64,000 nucleotides of DNA. Source: Eledone cirrhosa (taxonomy: Eukaryota). Of this stretch, positions 48,435 to 62,199 are shown piece after piece. The position numbers and the translations under genes are program-made. The stretch is taken from the NCBI GenBank assembly GCA_964016885.1, contig OZ024742.1, forward strand, positions 240,064,001 through 240,128,000. Reading direction: 5' to 3'. Positions within the stretch are counted from its first letter, which is position 1, and each line of letters starts with the position of its first letter. Below the pieces are notes generated by a model. That model did no database searches and was not told where the DNA came from. It saw only the letters and a list, made by a program, of their open reading frames with translations.

Positions 48435-48623
48435 GGGTCGATTGGACAGAGGTCCGCTTTACCTTTCATCCTTTCGGGGTCGATAAAGTACCAGCCCAGT
48501 GCTGGTGCATCCTTATTTCCTTCCAGCTGTTACTCTCTAGATGTTCTGCTGAAGTGAGGGTGGGGGATTCTGCTCACAACTGTATGAACAGCCAAAACCT
48601 TTAACGATAGCATGGTACATACT

Positions 48624-48760
48624 CAGGCCTGCCAACCTCTAAAAACCCAAATGGGTAGTACCATGAAAAAAGGGCCCCAAAACCTGGAAAAATGAGGCAA
48701 AATGGGTGGGAGATCTCTCCGTCGGACCTCTCCGTCGGACGAGGAGAGTTGACAGGTCTG
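48624..48760. mobile_element. Small TIR element (MITE) with an apparent 6-bp TSD CATACT
   Basis: Ends CAGGCCTGCCAAC and GTTGACAGGTCTG, flanked by catact on both sides. Confidence 0.65.
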
Positions 48761-51219
48761 CATACTACTAAGTCGTTCTGGATTGCATGTGTCACGAATG
48801 ACCATGGGTTTCTCGAGAGTTACCCCGTGAAAGGTGTTTTTTGTGGAGACCAGCAGTTGCCTATGAATACCAGGCTCCCCTTCTCCACACCACCAATATT
48901 GTCCAAGATAAAGGTAAAGGCCGATACAGCTCGGTACCATACCATCCTCGTTTAATGTCTATTTTCCGCGCTTGTATGTTAGGCGAGTTGTCACGTTATA
49001 AGGCAAATCAGGTCAGGTGACCACATTTTGCTCATACAGATCTGTATTTTGCCTTGGTTTCTACGATTGGATGCCCTTCTTAACGCCAAACACACCTTGT
49101 GTGGACTGGTGCTTTTTATCGTGGCATCAAAACAACCATCTCATACGGTGGTCTGGGTGCTTTTTCGTTGTGTCCTATAAGGGAACTTGGTTTTTCGCAG
49201 ACTTTCTTTTCTGGGACTCGTATCTGACTGCTTCACCTTGTTGAGACAATTTATTGGTGGGCAGCAGTTGACAGCAAACAGCCTATTAAAAAATATTTCA
49301 ATAAACTGGTATTTACAACGAAAAAAGTAGGTTCCTTTCATTTTATTGTCCTATTTTATATACCTTCAGATACTTATATTTATGTACCTGGTCATCATTT
49401 GAATTGAAAACATTGTGTTAGTGTTCTCTCACTGTGATCTACATTCTGTCAACTATTCTTCTTCTTGCATATGAGGTAGTCTCAAGTTATTGTTCGCCTG
49501 ATCAAGATCAGATTATCAGTTTCCAGGGTCCTCTCCGAGGAAGTGAACAAACTTCGGCCTCTCTATCAACCATGATACATCTCATACCTCCCAGGCTAGT
49601 CATAAACGACTTTCTTGACATGTCTACCAACACATGATCCTGTACAATTGACACTCCTCCACATATCCTCCACATATCTCACTCCTCCACATATCACAGT
49701 CATGCAATCTAGACGCCTAACACCACATTATACACGGCTTCTGTAAACATAAACCTTTAAAATATCCTCTACTCATTGAACAGGACAAAGATACATTTGG
49801 AATCAAGGTGACAGTTTTACCACACTGCACCTTTCCTACTCTTAAAACACACAATTAGAATTTCCATAAACTTAATTTGCGTTAAACCTCACAGCAGACT
49901 AGGTATGCTGTTATAGAGGAACCATCCTGACACACAGTTTGACTTACACCAAGAACACAACCAATTTCTTCCAAAGAAAGAAAGAGACAGAGGAATAGAG
50001 GAGGAATCGACCCTAGTACTGGATGAGTACTTTATTTATTAACCTCAAAAGGATGAAAGGCAAAGTTAACAAAGAATTTGAACTTAGAATACAGAGAGCC
50101 AGAACAAATACTGCAAAGTATTCTAGCCTACATTCTATTGTCTTCTAACAATTTGCCAACCCCCCCCCCTCCCTTTTTTTTTTAGAAAAAAATAATTAAT
50201 GTATGGAGATTTATGAATTGATATCTTTATCTAATACAGGCATATATATATAGCTAGTTGTGTGATATTATAAATACATATGTTTGCAATAAACTGAATT
50301 GAGGAAAAGACTTCCTAGAAAAAACAAGATGTAAAGAAGATAAGGAAAATTATAGGAAGAATTGATCGCAGTACTTGATTGGTACTTTATCAACCTCGAA
50401 AGGATAAAAAGCAAAGTAGACCTCAGTGGGATTTTAACTCAGAGTGGTGCAGTGAGCCAGAAAAAATATCGAAGCATTTTTAATCCAATACCCTAGTGAC
50501 TCTGTCAAATCTCTACCTTAACATTGACAGAACAATCTAAATGATCAGGCCATATTGACTACAGGTTTGAATGCACACTTACTGACTATATACAAGACAT
50601 GTTCAACCACAGTGAAGTATTGTTCACACATCTTACATGGATTGGTTGCTGTACACACAAACATTTGAGATCATATCTAAAAGAAGCCTATTTGGCTGAT
50701 TAAAAAAAAAATTGAATGCCTTAGTCAGAACTTGCAATGTTAGATAGAATGCTTTGCAGTATTTGCTCTGGTTCTATGCACTCTGAGTTCAAATCCTACT
50801 GAGGTCAACTTTGTATTTCATCCTTCTGTGATAAATAAAGTACCAGTTGAGAAGTGGAGTCAATTCTTCCTCTATCTTTCCTTGTCTTTGGAAGAAACAC
50901 ACTGTGTTCAGACCTGGAGAGAGATGGGATTCCACCAGATTTTAAATTACTCTTACAGCACCATCAGGAGTTAAGAGCTCGTGGCATGGAAAAATATTTA
51001 ACTTTCATTTTTGGAAATGTTCTATCCCTTTGGGATATAATTGGCTTTTCCTTCCCACCAAAAAGTTGCTGGCCTTGTGCCAAAATCTTAAACCATTATG
51101 AAATATTTCCCTACCTAAAAAATAGTGCAACTGTATTTCATGAGAATATTTCTCATTTGGTTTACATAACTACCGTCTGTGGTATACACAACTACTTACA
51201 TGTTCCTTCTTCACTGGCA

Positions 51220-51830
51220 CGCAGCTAGATAACAATAGCCTGCGCATCGGCGTTTCCTTGAGGCTTGGCCTCCGGATCTGCGAGCCACACCAATGTCGCT
51301 GTGGATCCACCGTGGACTCTTTCGGCCTCCACCCACTTTCCTGTCGCCACAGTGCCAGCTGCCTTCCACGCCATGCTGCCCTCATTGAGGTCATAAAGCT
51401 TGGCTTGGATGCTGCAGGCTTCCCTTCCCAGCTCGAGCTGGGGGCTGGACCGAGGGGACGGCAAAAGGTCAGATGGCATGACCATCTTCCCGTTCCGCGG
51501 TGGCAAACCCCTCATCTGGGATGCCACTTGCACCGACATTTACTCCAGCCGCAACCTGGTGCAGTCTGCAACTGACCCAGGTTCTGCTGCACGTCGGGCT
51601 GAGGAAGCCAAACTCTTCAAATACCGGTAGCTCTCTGACAGGTTTGCAGTTGTACCCCTGGCAGTGGAGACTTCTGGTGTCCTTGGCCCTAGGGCTACCT
51701 CCCTACTCACCACCATAGGTCACTGAGCTGACCAACCACAGGTGGGAGCCTTGCGAGTTAGTGTGGCTTTACCAACGCGTTGCCGTCCTCTGGGGAAACG
51801 CCTTCTCCATTCTGTCTGCCAGGGCTGTGG
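51220..51830 (+). mobile_element. C-terminal fragment of an RLE-type non-LTR retrotransposon (CRE-like), degraded
   Basis: Zinc knuckle CRCG..HPLSC, RH, GKR(S/P)DG..WDATC, AEEAK..KY and AVETSGVLG motifs across frameshifts. Confidence 0.8.
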
Positions 51831-53894
51831 GGAGGCCACCAATATGATTGACTGACTTGTCATTTTATCAGTCAGATGTTTTTAGACATATTGCATCTCC
51901 AATCAAACCATGAGAGTTACAGCAGTTGCACATTTATGCATTTCCCCAAAATGGATTTTCAACTATGCAGCAGATGTGTAGACAAATATCTTATCTTTTG
52001 TCCTCCAACATATGATCTCTTATGATTAAATTTAGAAGATCAAGTCTAGATACTCTACAGTATGGTATCTCAATCCAATTCTCTAACTGTTCAGCCACGC
52101 ACCTTCACAAATACTACTATCACAATAAGCTGGACACTCAGTTGATCAAACACTTGAATGTTCATTGCTGAAACCAGAAGATCCATTAAAAAGCACCCAG
52201 TCCACCCTGTAAAGTGGTCATATTGGTGACGCAACAAAAAGCACCCAGTGCATCTTGTTATTTTGGTGCCACAATAAAATACACCCAGTGTTAGGAAAAG
52301 CATCCAGCCTGAGAAACCAAACCAGAGACGGTTTTGTGTTTCCAGCCTTAGAAACCAAGCCAGAGACAGTTTTGTGTTATCAAAACATGGTCATCTGATC
52401 TGACTTGTCTCACAACGGGACAACTCATCTAACATATGCCAGCATCAAAAAAAATTGGACGTTAAACAGTGATTGATGATAATGATGATGGTGATGATGG
52501 AACATTTGAACTCATAATCCTACTTAAAAATTCTATTTTTAAAAAGCCAACTCACTCACTTCTCTTCCAATTGTTGAATCTATGGCCTTTGTACTCAATC
52601 TTAATTCATACTGGTACTTTGTAACTTGCTGAATGTTATCCTACTGGTTACTATATTTATAATGTATTATATAGCATGATACTGCCAATGATTTTCAAGA
52701 AATTTTTTTAATAATCAAGAATGTGGAGGGATTTAGTTCAATAACTAATTTTCTCATTATTAAGAGTACATAAAGATTCTTACATAGTTATGTTGGAAGG
52801 TTTTTAGACAAACATAAATGCTTTAATCCTTTCATGACCATAATTGTAAGGAAAGTTTCTGCCTATAATATTCAAATAATTTTGAAAATAATGAAGAATT
52901 TGGAAAGGTTTAATAAAATAACAAACTTTCTTATTATTAAGTTAGTGTTTGGGACATAGATTAACAAAGGTTCTTACTTAGAAGTATATTAGAAGATTTT
53001 TAGATAAATATAAGCACTCTAAAATAAAGTCTTGTAGCGTAAAACCAGGAACTGTTTTAGACAGTTTGTTATCAAAAGAGTTAAAGTTAGGATAAGTTTG
53101 CAAGGTTGATTGTTTCTTGTGGAGATCAACATCACAAAAGAAACCACTTCATATATTTATTCTAATTTAACCCCATGGCCATTGCATTTTTTTTTTTCAG
53201 AATGTATTTAAAACTGCGTTATCCAATGAGTCTTACCTTTTCTTAGGATGGTATGGTATGGTATGATTTGAGGGGGTTTGGGCTGCTATTTCTAACAGGT
53301 CAACTGACTACGTAATAGTTTCCTCGTTTTTGTCTCTTTTTACTGTTCAGTTTAGAATAGTTATATCATATCCCTGTGTGTTATAAGAGGGGACTAAAAG
53401 AATTGGGGTCAGGAGAGGCATCCAGCTGTAAAAAATGACCCCAATGATAAATGTGAAATCTGCCATGGGGCCTGCTAACCTCAACCCCCTACTTTAGCAA
53501 AGAAAAAAATAGTTTAAAAAGCTTGTTGCTTTTTCTAAAGCTTGTTGCTTTTTCTAATAAGAAGAAAAAAAGGCGATTTTAATTATTGCTTTATTGTAGA
53601 TTTTTATGAACTTCAGAGGGATCAAAAGTTAACCATTTTGGTACAAGCTCGCTTAAAATTGCCTCTGGTTTTAAGCCGCTAGTTTTAAAGTCTTTATATT
53701 TATCTAAAAAAAAACTCCGTGATTTTGTGTAATGTATGTATGGTCCCATAACTCCTAAACAAGTCATAGGGGTACCGTATTGACATATGCCTGTTTCTAA
53801 GTCATTTTTTAAAACTGACAGAGCCCATCACCTCTCCAGGTCTATTTTATATAATAACCTTTATTAAATTAATAAACACCAACTTAATAATGGT

Positions 53895-54085
53895 TTCTGA
53901 TATAGACACAAGGCCAGTAATTTTGGGGGAGGCGAAAATCGATTAAATGGACCCCAGTGAATGACTGGTACTTTATTTTATCGACCCTGTAAGGACAAAA
54001 GGCAAAACTAACCTCAGCGGGATTTGAACTCAGAACGTAAAGGGTCACTCTGTCGCGAAGCATGTTGTCCGATGCTCTACCAATA
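53895..54085 (-). mobile_element. SINE S2 copy
   Basis: B-box GAGTTCAAATCC plus the S2 central motif and the ggccttgtg tail segment. Confidence 0.78.
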
Positions 54086-54798
54086 CTACAAATCCACAAT
54101 AATAACGAAAAGGTTGTTGCTAAATCTCTCCAAATTCTTGATTATTTTACAAATTATTTGATAATTAGGCAGCATATTTTGTTAGAAATATGGTAATTAA
54201 AGGATTATACAATATATGTAACCAACTGGTTGCTAAGGTACTGTAAATATCTTGTAGACAAATATTTGTACATAAGGTACTTACTATAAATGTCAATTGC
54301 CAACTGAAGTACTTATGACTAAATCATTGCCAATCAATTTGTTCATTATAACACTGAATTCTATTTCTATATTGCTGTCTCTCTAAATAGACCATACAGC
54401 TCTAATTTTCTCAGTCTCCAGGCTGACCAGATTGAGAGTAACTGTGATTGTGTGTGTGTGTGTGTTTTTCCATGGTTGAGTGAATAAGATGATAGCCTCA
54501 TATATAAGTACATCTTAATGTCCTGCTGCTAATACTGTATCAGGATTGGTCAGTTTACTGGGCAGTAGTAGTTAGCTGAGCAAGCAGGAACTGAGAAAAC
54601 ACTTTAAATAGGTTGCCGGGGGGGGGGGGGGGGGGGGGGGCAGATGGTAAAATTAGAAATACCTTTTATTCAACAAATTTCGGTTAGATTACATAATGTT
54701 GGCAATAAAGAATAAAAGATATACCACCTAGATTGAACTGGAAAATAACATGACTGACACTTTCTATACATTTCCCTTGCTATACTCTTGGGTAAAAG

Positions 54799-54980
54799 CA
54801 GGGCCAGATATTGATCTTTGGCGGGGCCAAGGGCAATTCTGGTTCGGTGCGTCCCTCATATAACACACACACACACAAGAAGAGAGAGGGAAAAGAAGAG
54901 GCCCTGTTGAGAGAAGGCCATAGTTTGATGAGTGAGGCCAGGGCATTCACCCCCACTGCCCCCTGATAAATCCAGCCATG
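54799..54980. mobile_element. hAT-type MITE with 8-bp TSD GGTAAAAG
   Basis: Imperfect TIRs CAGGGCCAGAT / ATCCAGCCATG. ggtaaaag at 54791-54798 and 54981-54988. Confidence 0.8.
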
Positions 54981-56109
54981 GGTAAAAGCACCCCTAAGTA
55001 ATTCTGTCTACTGGGACCATGAGACAACATCCATCTGATGTTTTGCAAAATAAATGAGATGAAGAGTACATAAATGTTCAGCATATAGGTTCAAATGACA
55101 TACAGGATTAAATGTATGAGTAACTTTGGAGTAATAACTCTATATTGTAGGTTATAACACAGGGCTGTATGATTGGGAGTGTGTAAATTTTTAAAAGTTA
55201 CAGATAGATGTGTATAAATAAATATACAAACAGATATGGCAGGTAGGGTTAGAGTCTAGAATCTTGCAAACTTCTTATTGTAGCAACATTGTGTTTATGT
55301 ATATGTTTGCATGTGTAAACTTTTAAGTGTTACAGATATATATACAAACACACATGGTTGATTGCATGTAATTGGTTGTTGTTACCAGACCTATGATCAA
55401 AAGCAATCCAGGTGTGATCTTTCAACCTTTTTTGTGTATCTGTAATTGCATTGATATTTAAGACAGTAAATTATGGCTTGAAGGAGAATTTGGCTGCTAT
55501 TTCAAGCAGGTTGAGTGCCCACTAAGAAGCTCCCACATTGATTCACAGAATATAGCTTCTTTTCTTTTATTGGTTTCAGTCATTAGACAAACTCCCACAT
55601 ATATATATCAAATTAAAGACTCGCGTTCCCTATAATTTAATGAGCTCAAAGAATAGAATCCAGGTTCTTTATAAGACAGTATCATCATCATCGTTTAACG
55701 TCCATCTTCCACGCTAGCTTGGGTTAGACAGTATATAGAGAAAAAAAAAAAAAGAGGTTTGTGAACACGTGTGTTTTCTTCTCTTTACACCATTATTTTA
55801 GTTATTTGACATATTTTTAGAAGTGTGGACCATATTGTAGTCCACCTATTGATAAGCCATCTGCAATATGGAATCTTCAGTTTTTATGGTGAAACATTCT
55901 CTTGTTTGAGCGTGTCCAGGTGTTTTAGTTATAAATGGATGGTTTGTACATTTTAATTTATTCTTTTAATTGATATGTATTCTCCATTCCTTTCGTAGAC
56001 AATATGTTTTTCATTCTGGTGGTATTCTATCCCCTATAATTGAACACATACCTCTTTGTGTATGTTTCTCTATATACTGACTTATATATATACATACATG
56101 CATACTGAA

Positions 56110-56148
<39 letters not shown>

Positions 56149-56149
<1 letters not shown>

Positions 56150-57411
56150 CATGGCCTAGAAGCAAAAGGCCTTAAAGTTAACCTGTCTAAGACTAAAGTT
56201 CTAGTATGTAGAAAGGAAAATAGGGCACAGGTGCCCCCTGGGAAATGGCCATGCTCAGTGTGTAGGAAAGGAGTAGGTAGAAATTCCATTTTGTGTCCCA
56301 AATACAAACTATGGGTACATAAAAGATGTAGTGGGATCACATGGAAGCTTTCTAAAAACCTATATTTTATATGTGGCCGATGCTCAGGTGCAATAAGTAG
56401 CCAGTGCCCACAGGATACTAGCTCCTTCTATTGCCCAGATGGTTCTATAGACATAATGGACACTTTCTGTTACCTGGGTGACAAAATCAGCAGTGGTGGA
56501 GGGCGCTCTGAAAGTACAGTAGCCAGAGTTAGAATGGGATGGAAAAAGTTCAGAGAGCTTATACCGCTGTTGGCCACAAAAGGTTTCTCTCTAAAATTGA
56601 AAGGTAGATTGTATGATGCTTGTATACGAACAGCAATGTTACATGGCAGTGAAACATGGACAGACTGGAAAGGAATGAAGCATGCATGCTCGTTGGATGT
56701 CTAATAGTAATATACACGAACAGCAAAACATAAATGAACTAAGTGAGAAATTAGGAATAAGAGGGGTCAGATGCTGTTTACTTGAGAGAAGATTACGTTG
56801 GTATGGTCACGTGATGCGCATGAAAGATGACAGCTGTATAAAAAAGTGGAGGGCGATCAAAATTGATGGAAGTTATGGAGTAGGTAGACCCAGAAAAACC
56901 TGGGACGACATGATAAATTCTGACTTTGCACACTTGCACCTCTCTAAGACAATGTCACTGGATCGAGATCTCTGGTGCCACGTAGTAATACAGAAGACCC
57001 GCCTTCCCTACGTGCAAAGTTAACCTACAGTCAGTAGGCCCCTCCAAACCAACATACACCCCCACCCACTACCCCTACTCCATCCTTCCACTCCGGCCAA
57101 CATTACCCCTTTCTCTATAAAGTTATGTTGGTACCACAACATCCAGTCCAAACTAATGAGGTCGTGTTGGTGTCACGACAAAAAAACACACAATCCACGC
57201 TGTAATGTGGTCGTGTAGGTAACTCGGTAAAAAGCTCCCAGTCCATGCTGTAAATGTGGTTGGTATTAGGAAGGGCATCCAACCGTAGAAAACCTGCCAG
57301 ATAGTCCTATACAAGTGAGACACGGTCACCTGACCAATCTTGCCTTAAGTGGGACAATTCCCGTCTAACCCATGCTAGCGTGGAAGATAGACGTTAAACA
57401 ATGATGATGAT
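56149..57411 (+). mobile_element. RTE family A variant, 5'-truncated, frameshifted
   Basis: PHD finger, [17 protein letters not shown]-type 3'UTR and (GAT)n. The 5' end sits in a short pure (TA)n. Confidence 0.93.
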
Positions 57412-57413
57412 AT

Positions 57414-59618
57414 ATCATCATCACCGTTTTACGTCCGTTCTTCCACGCTAGCATGGGTTAGACGGGTTGTCCTGTTGTGGGCAGTGTCTGGTCGGCTGAC
57501 CATGCCTTGCTCATACAGGAACTGATCTGGCTTGATTTCTACAGCTGGATGCCCTTCCTAACACCAACCTCATTTACAGTGAGTGCTGGGTGCTTTTTCG
57601 TGGCGCCTACACGTCCACTTTACAGTGTGGGCTGGGTGCTTTTTTGCCGTGGCACCTCCACGACCACCTTGCGGTGGGGGGGGGGGGGCATATTGTTTAT
57701 ATGCTTCAGCATGTACCCATGGGAGGTCGGGTACCCTGTATTACTGCGTGACGCCAGAAGTCACGGTCGTGTGTCATTGACTTTGAGAGGTGTAGTTGGG
57801 TAAGGTCGGCTTTTATCACCTCATCCCAAGTCATCTTGGGTCTCCCCACTCCGCGGTTTCCATCAACTTCTAGTGCTCTGCACCTTTTTATGCAGCTGTC
57901 ATCCTTCATACGCATCACATGTCCATACCAGCGTAACCGCCTCTCCTGCACGCAGCATTTGATTCCTCTTATGCTCAGTCTCTCTCTCAATTCATTTATG
58001 CTTTGTCGTTCACGTATATTACTGTTACACATCCATCGGAGCATGCAGGCTTCGTTTCTCTCTAATCTACGTAAGTCTTCCACCTTCAGCGCCCAGGTCT
58101 CACTACCATGCAACATCGCTGTTCGGATACACGCGTCATACAGTCTGCCTTTCATTCTGAGGGAGAAGCCTTTTGCAGCTAGCAGTGGTAGTAGTTCCCT
58201 AAACTTCTTCCATCCCGTTCTTACCCTAGTTATTGTACTTTCTGAGCACCCACCTCCGTTGCTAATTCGGTCACCTAGGTAGCAGAAGCTGTCTACTGTT
58301 TCTACAGGGCCCTCCCAGAGATTGGTGGTACTTGTTTCCTGTGGCTGTTTGCTTGCTGTTTCAGCACAGCTGCTGCATGTGAATCCTACATTCTTAATTA
58401 AGCTTCCTGAGATCCCGCTACATCTCTTGTGTACCCATTGTTTGCATTTGGGGCAAAGAATGGAGTTCCTACCTACACCTTTCCTACATACTGAGCAAGG
58501 CCATTTCCCTGAGGGGATCTGGGTTCTGTTTTCTCGTCTACTTATAAGGACCTTAGTCTTTGTCATGTTGACTTTGAGGCCCTTTCTCTCTAGTCCCTGC
58601 TTCCAGGTTTGGAATTTATTCTCTAGTTCTACCATAGATTCAGCTATGAGTGCGAGGTCATCAGCATACAGGAGTTCCCATGGGCATCCGGTCTTAAACT
58701 CCTCCGTTATTGCCTGCAGGACTATGATGAACAGGAGAGGGCTAAGAACAGAGCCCTGGTGGACCCCAACCTGTACGCTAAATTCCTCGCTATACTCATT
58801 GCCAATCCTAACTTTGCTGACTGCTCCCCTATACATGGCTTGTACCGCTTTCACAAGCCATTCATCTACTCCTAGTTTTCTAAGAGCCCACCAGATTACT
58901 GCACGTGGAACTCTGTCAAAGGCTTTCTCAAGGTCGACAAATGCCAAGTAGAGTGGCTTACTTTTAGCTAGGTACTTTTCCTGTAATTGCCTCACAAGGA
59001 AGAGCGCATCAGTGGTGCCTTTCCCTGGTACAAACCCAAATTGCATCTCGTCTATATTCACCCGGTCCCTAATCAGCTGTGCTATAACTCTTTCTGTTAC
59101 TTTCATGACCTGGTCCATCAACTTTATACCTCTATAGTTTCCTCTATCTAGTGCATCGCCTTTACCTTTGTAGCAGTTGACAATGATGCTACTGCACCAA
59201 TCTTTTGGTATGGCCCCCTCTAGTATTACCTGGTTAACGATACGTGTGGTTATAGTGTGACCTACAGACCCAGATGCCTTCAGCATCTCGGCAGCTATAC
59301 CCGATGGACCGGTTGCCTTCCCTATCTTCATATCTCTGATTGCCTTACTTACTACGCTGCCGCTGACTTGTACTGCTGGTCCCTCTATAGGGTCTACGTG
59401 GGGTAGGGTCTCTTCTTCCCATGCATTCTCCTCATTTAGTAATCTATCATAATGACTCTTCCATGCATCTTTCTTCTCAGCACTTGTGAGGGCAAGCTCA
59501 CCTTTATCATTCCGGATACACTTCTCTCCAATGACATCACAACTATCTCTGACACACTGCCTCGCAATCTTGAATACCTCCTGTTTCTGGTCCTCGCGTT
59601 GTAAAACATGCTTGAATT
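57414..59618 (-). mobile_element. RTE family B, 5'-truncated, with an uninterrupted RT-PHD-C-terminal frame (youngest-looking copy)
   Basis: 541-aa ORF 57706-59331. Upstream it is colinear with the 16533-19155 copy without an indel to ~59618. No EN domain. Confidence 0.96.
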
Positions 59619-59730
59619 ATATAAATATATATACACGCACAATTATAGACATACATATGATGGATTCCAACCAATACCACTTCTGTTCAATGAAGGAATT
59701 GATAAGAATCAATTAGTCAGAGCAAAATAA

Positions 59731-59859
59731 AAATTATATTTGGTAAAAGCAAACAAGATAAAGAAAAATTTGCCTATTTACTTAGAACGTCTTTTCAGTA
59801 GAGACATTCTAAGTAAGTAAATTTTTCTTTATCTTGTTTGCTTTTACCAAATATAATTT
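59731..59859. repeat. AT-rich inverted repeat (hairpin/MITE relic)
   Basis: aaattatatttggtaaaagcaaacaagataaagaaaaattt pairs with aaatttttctttatcttgtttgcttttaccaaatataattt. Confidence 0.8.
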
Positions 59860-59865
59860 ATACAT

Positions 59866-61440
59866 ATCATCATCATCATCATCACCGTTTAATGTCCATT
59901 TTCCTTGCTTGCATAGGTTAGACGGGTTGTTCACATCAAGAGATATGTCTGGCCAGTTGGTCACACCGTACCTTGCTCAGATAGATCTGTAAATTTGGCG
60001 GTGATTTTTACAGCTGGATGCTTTTTCTAGCACCAACCACATTTACACTGTGGAACTAGATGACCCTGTTATGAGAAGGGACAGGTTATTGGCCGTGCCG
60101 TACCCTGCTCAACTGAACCAATAGTTTGGGAACCACAACCACATTTACAGTGTAGAACTGGATGGCGCCATTATGAGGAGGGATAGGCCAGTTGGCTGCG
60201 CCATACCCTGCTCACACCGGAAGTATAGTTTGGGAGCCAAGTGGTCCCACTATGGGGCAGGTCTAGCCAGTTGGCCACATCAAGCCTTACACAAAGTGAA
60301 GCTGTGTTACTGCAAAGTCTGGCCAGATGGCCTTGCTGTACCTTGCACAATATTGGGACTGTTGCTGTAATTTGGGATCTTCGTGGCCCCATTATGATGG
60401 AGGTCTGGCCAGTTTTCCACACTAAGCCTTATTCATAGTAGAGCCCTGGGTGGCGCCATTATGAGGAGGATCTGGCCAAGTTGGCCACACCATAGTCTGC
60501 TCACATCGGAACCATAATTTGGAATCTGGGTGGTGCCAGTATGAGGGAGGTTGGGCCAGTTGGCTACGCCAAGCTTTACTTATAAAGGAGCCGTGTGACT
60601 GGGTGGTCCTAGTATAAGCCAAATCTTGTCTCATGGACACACCATACCTTATACATATGATGTAGCTCTGGCCAGTTGGTCGCACAAAGCCTTGCTCATA
60701 GCGAGGCCCTGGCTGGAGTCGTTATGAGGAGCTGTCCAGTTGGCTGCGTCAAGCCTTACTCATAAAGAGCCATGTTATTGGGTGGTCCTGCTGTCAACTC
60801 ACATTTACAGTGAGGAATCAGGTGGCACCGTTATGAACAGAGTCCAAGGCTGGGTTATTGACATGGGTCTTTTGTCGTATGTTGTAGTGCCAGAGGTCTT
60901 GGTCCTGTGTCATCTCTGTTGGGAGGTTCAGCTGAGCCGGGTCAGCCTTTATTTTTCATCCCACGATTTCCTTCTTGGGTCTTCCTCTTTCAGGGAGGGT
61001 CCTATAATCTCGAGTGCCCTGCACCTCTTTATAGAGCCGTCATCCTTCATGTGCATCACATGTCTATACCACTACAGTTTTCTCTCCTGCACTCACCATT
61101 TGATCCTTGAGTTTCGCTCTCAATTCACTTACATTTTGCCATTCACGGACACTACTTTTACACATACATCTGATTATGTAGGTTTCATTTCTTTCCAAAC
61201 TCTATATATCCTCGGCACACAGAGCCCATGTTTTGCTTCCATGGAGCATTGTTGTGTGCACACAGGCACCATACAGCTTGCCTTTTATCTTGAGTGAGAG
61301 ACCTTTTGTAGTTAGCAATGGCAGTTGCTCCCTGAACTTTTTCCATTCCATCCTTACTCTGGCCACTGTACATTTGGTGCATCCACATCCACATCCACAA
61401 GCTGTCAACTATTTCTATGGCATCCTGTGCAATTGAAGGT
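59866..61440 (-). mobile_element. Older RTE family D fragment with a long, tandemly repetitive 3'UTR
   Basis: Decayed ARVRMEWKKFRE.LPLL..KG.SLKIKGKLY..MLHGS.TWAL at 61200-61400. RTE terminus and (CAT)n at 59866-59930. Confidence 0.8.
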
Positions 61441-61455
61441 GCTTCCTATATATAT

Positions 61456-61620
61456 ATCATCATCATCATCATTTAATGTCGCTCTTCCACGCTAGCATGG
61501 GTTAGATGGGAATTGTCCCACTTGAGGCAAGATTGATCGGGTGACCGTGTCTCACTTATATAGGACTGTATCTGGCAGGTTTTCTACGGCTAGATTCCCT
61601 TCCTAACACCAACCACATTT
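61456..61620 (-). mobile_element. Short 3' end of the RTE-A variant
   Basis: Matches 57250-57411. TA runs on both sides. Confidence 0.85.
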
Positions 61621-62199
61621 ATATATATATATATATACATGACTGGCCTTTTGCAGTTTCTGTCTACAAAATTCCACTCATACAGCATTAGTTAACATGT
61701 GGCTATATTAAAAATCATTTGACCAAGGTGATGCACAGAGGGACTAAGCCCAGATCTATGTGGTTGCAAAACAAACTCCTTAGTCACCCAATCATGCCTG
61801 CTCCCGAATTAGAAGGATAATTGTAATTTGTCATTTGAAAAACAATTCAACTCACAATATCAAAAACATACAGTTACAAATTTGTATCAAACTGTGATCC
61901 TTTAACTTTTTGGGGGGGGCTCAAGAACTTTGAGGGATTTGCTAAATTATTATTTATTGCTAAGATAGAAACTTAACATGGAGTTCTTATACAAAATTAT
62001 GTTGGAAGATTTTGATTTAAATATGAAGCCTTTAACCCTTTTGATATCGCCTCTGGTTCTATGATACAAAACCTATTTTAAAGGATTCCTATTTGAATTA
62101 AACCCTTCCAATATAATTTGATATATGTATGGAACTGCCTGCTTGTGAAATTAACTTGTAAGTGGCTGAGCATTCCACAGATCCCCTTGAATTACAGGT

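Noticed and set aside
54618-54640. Poly-G run as a regulatory G-quadruplex
   Set aside because: Isolated homopolymer of unreliable length with no supporting context.
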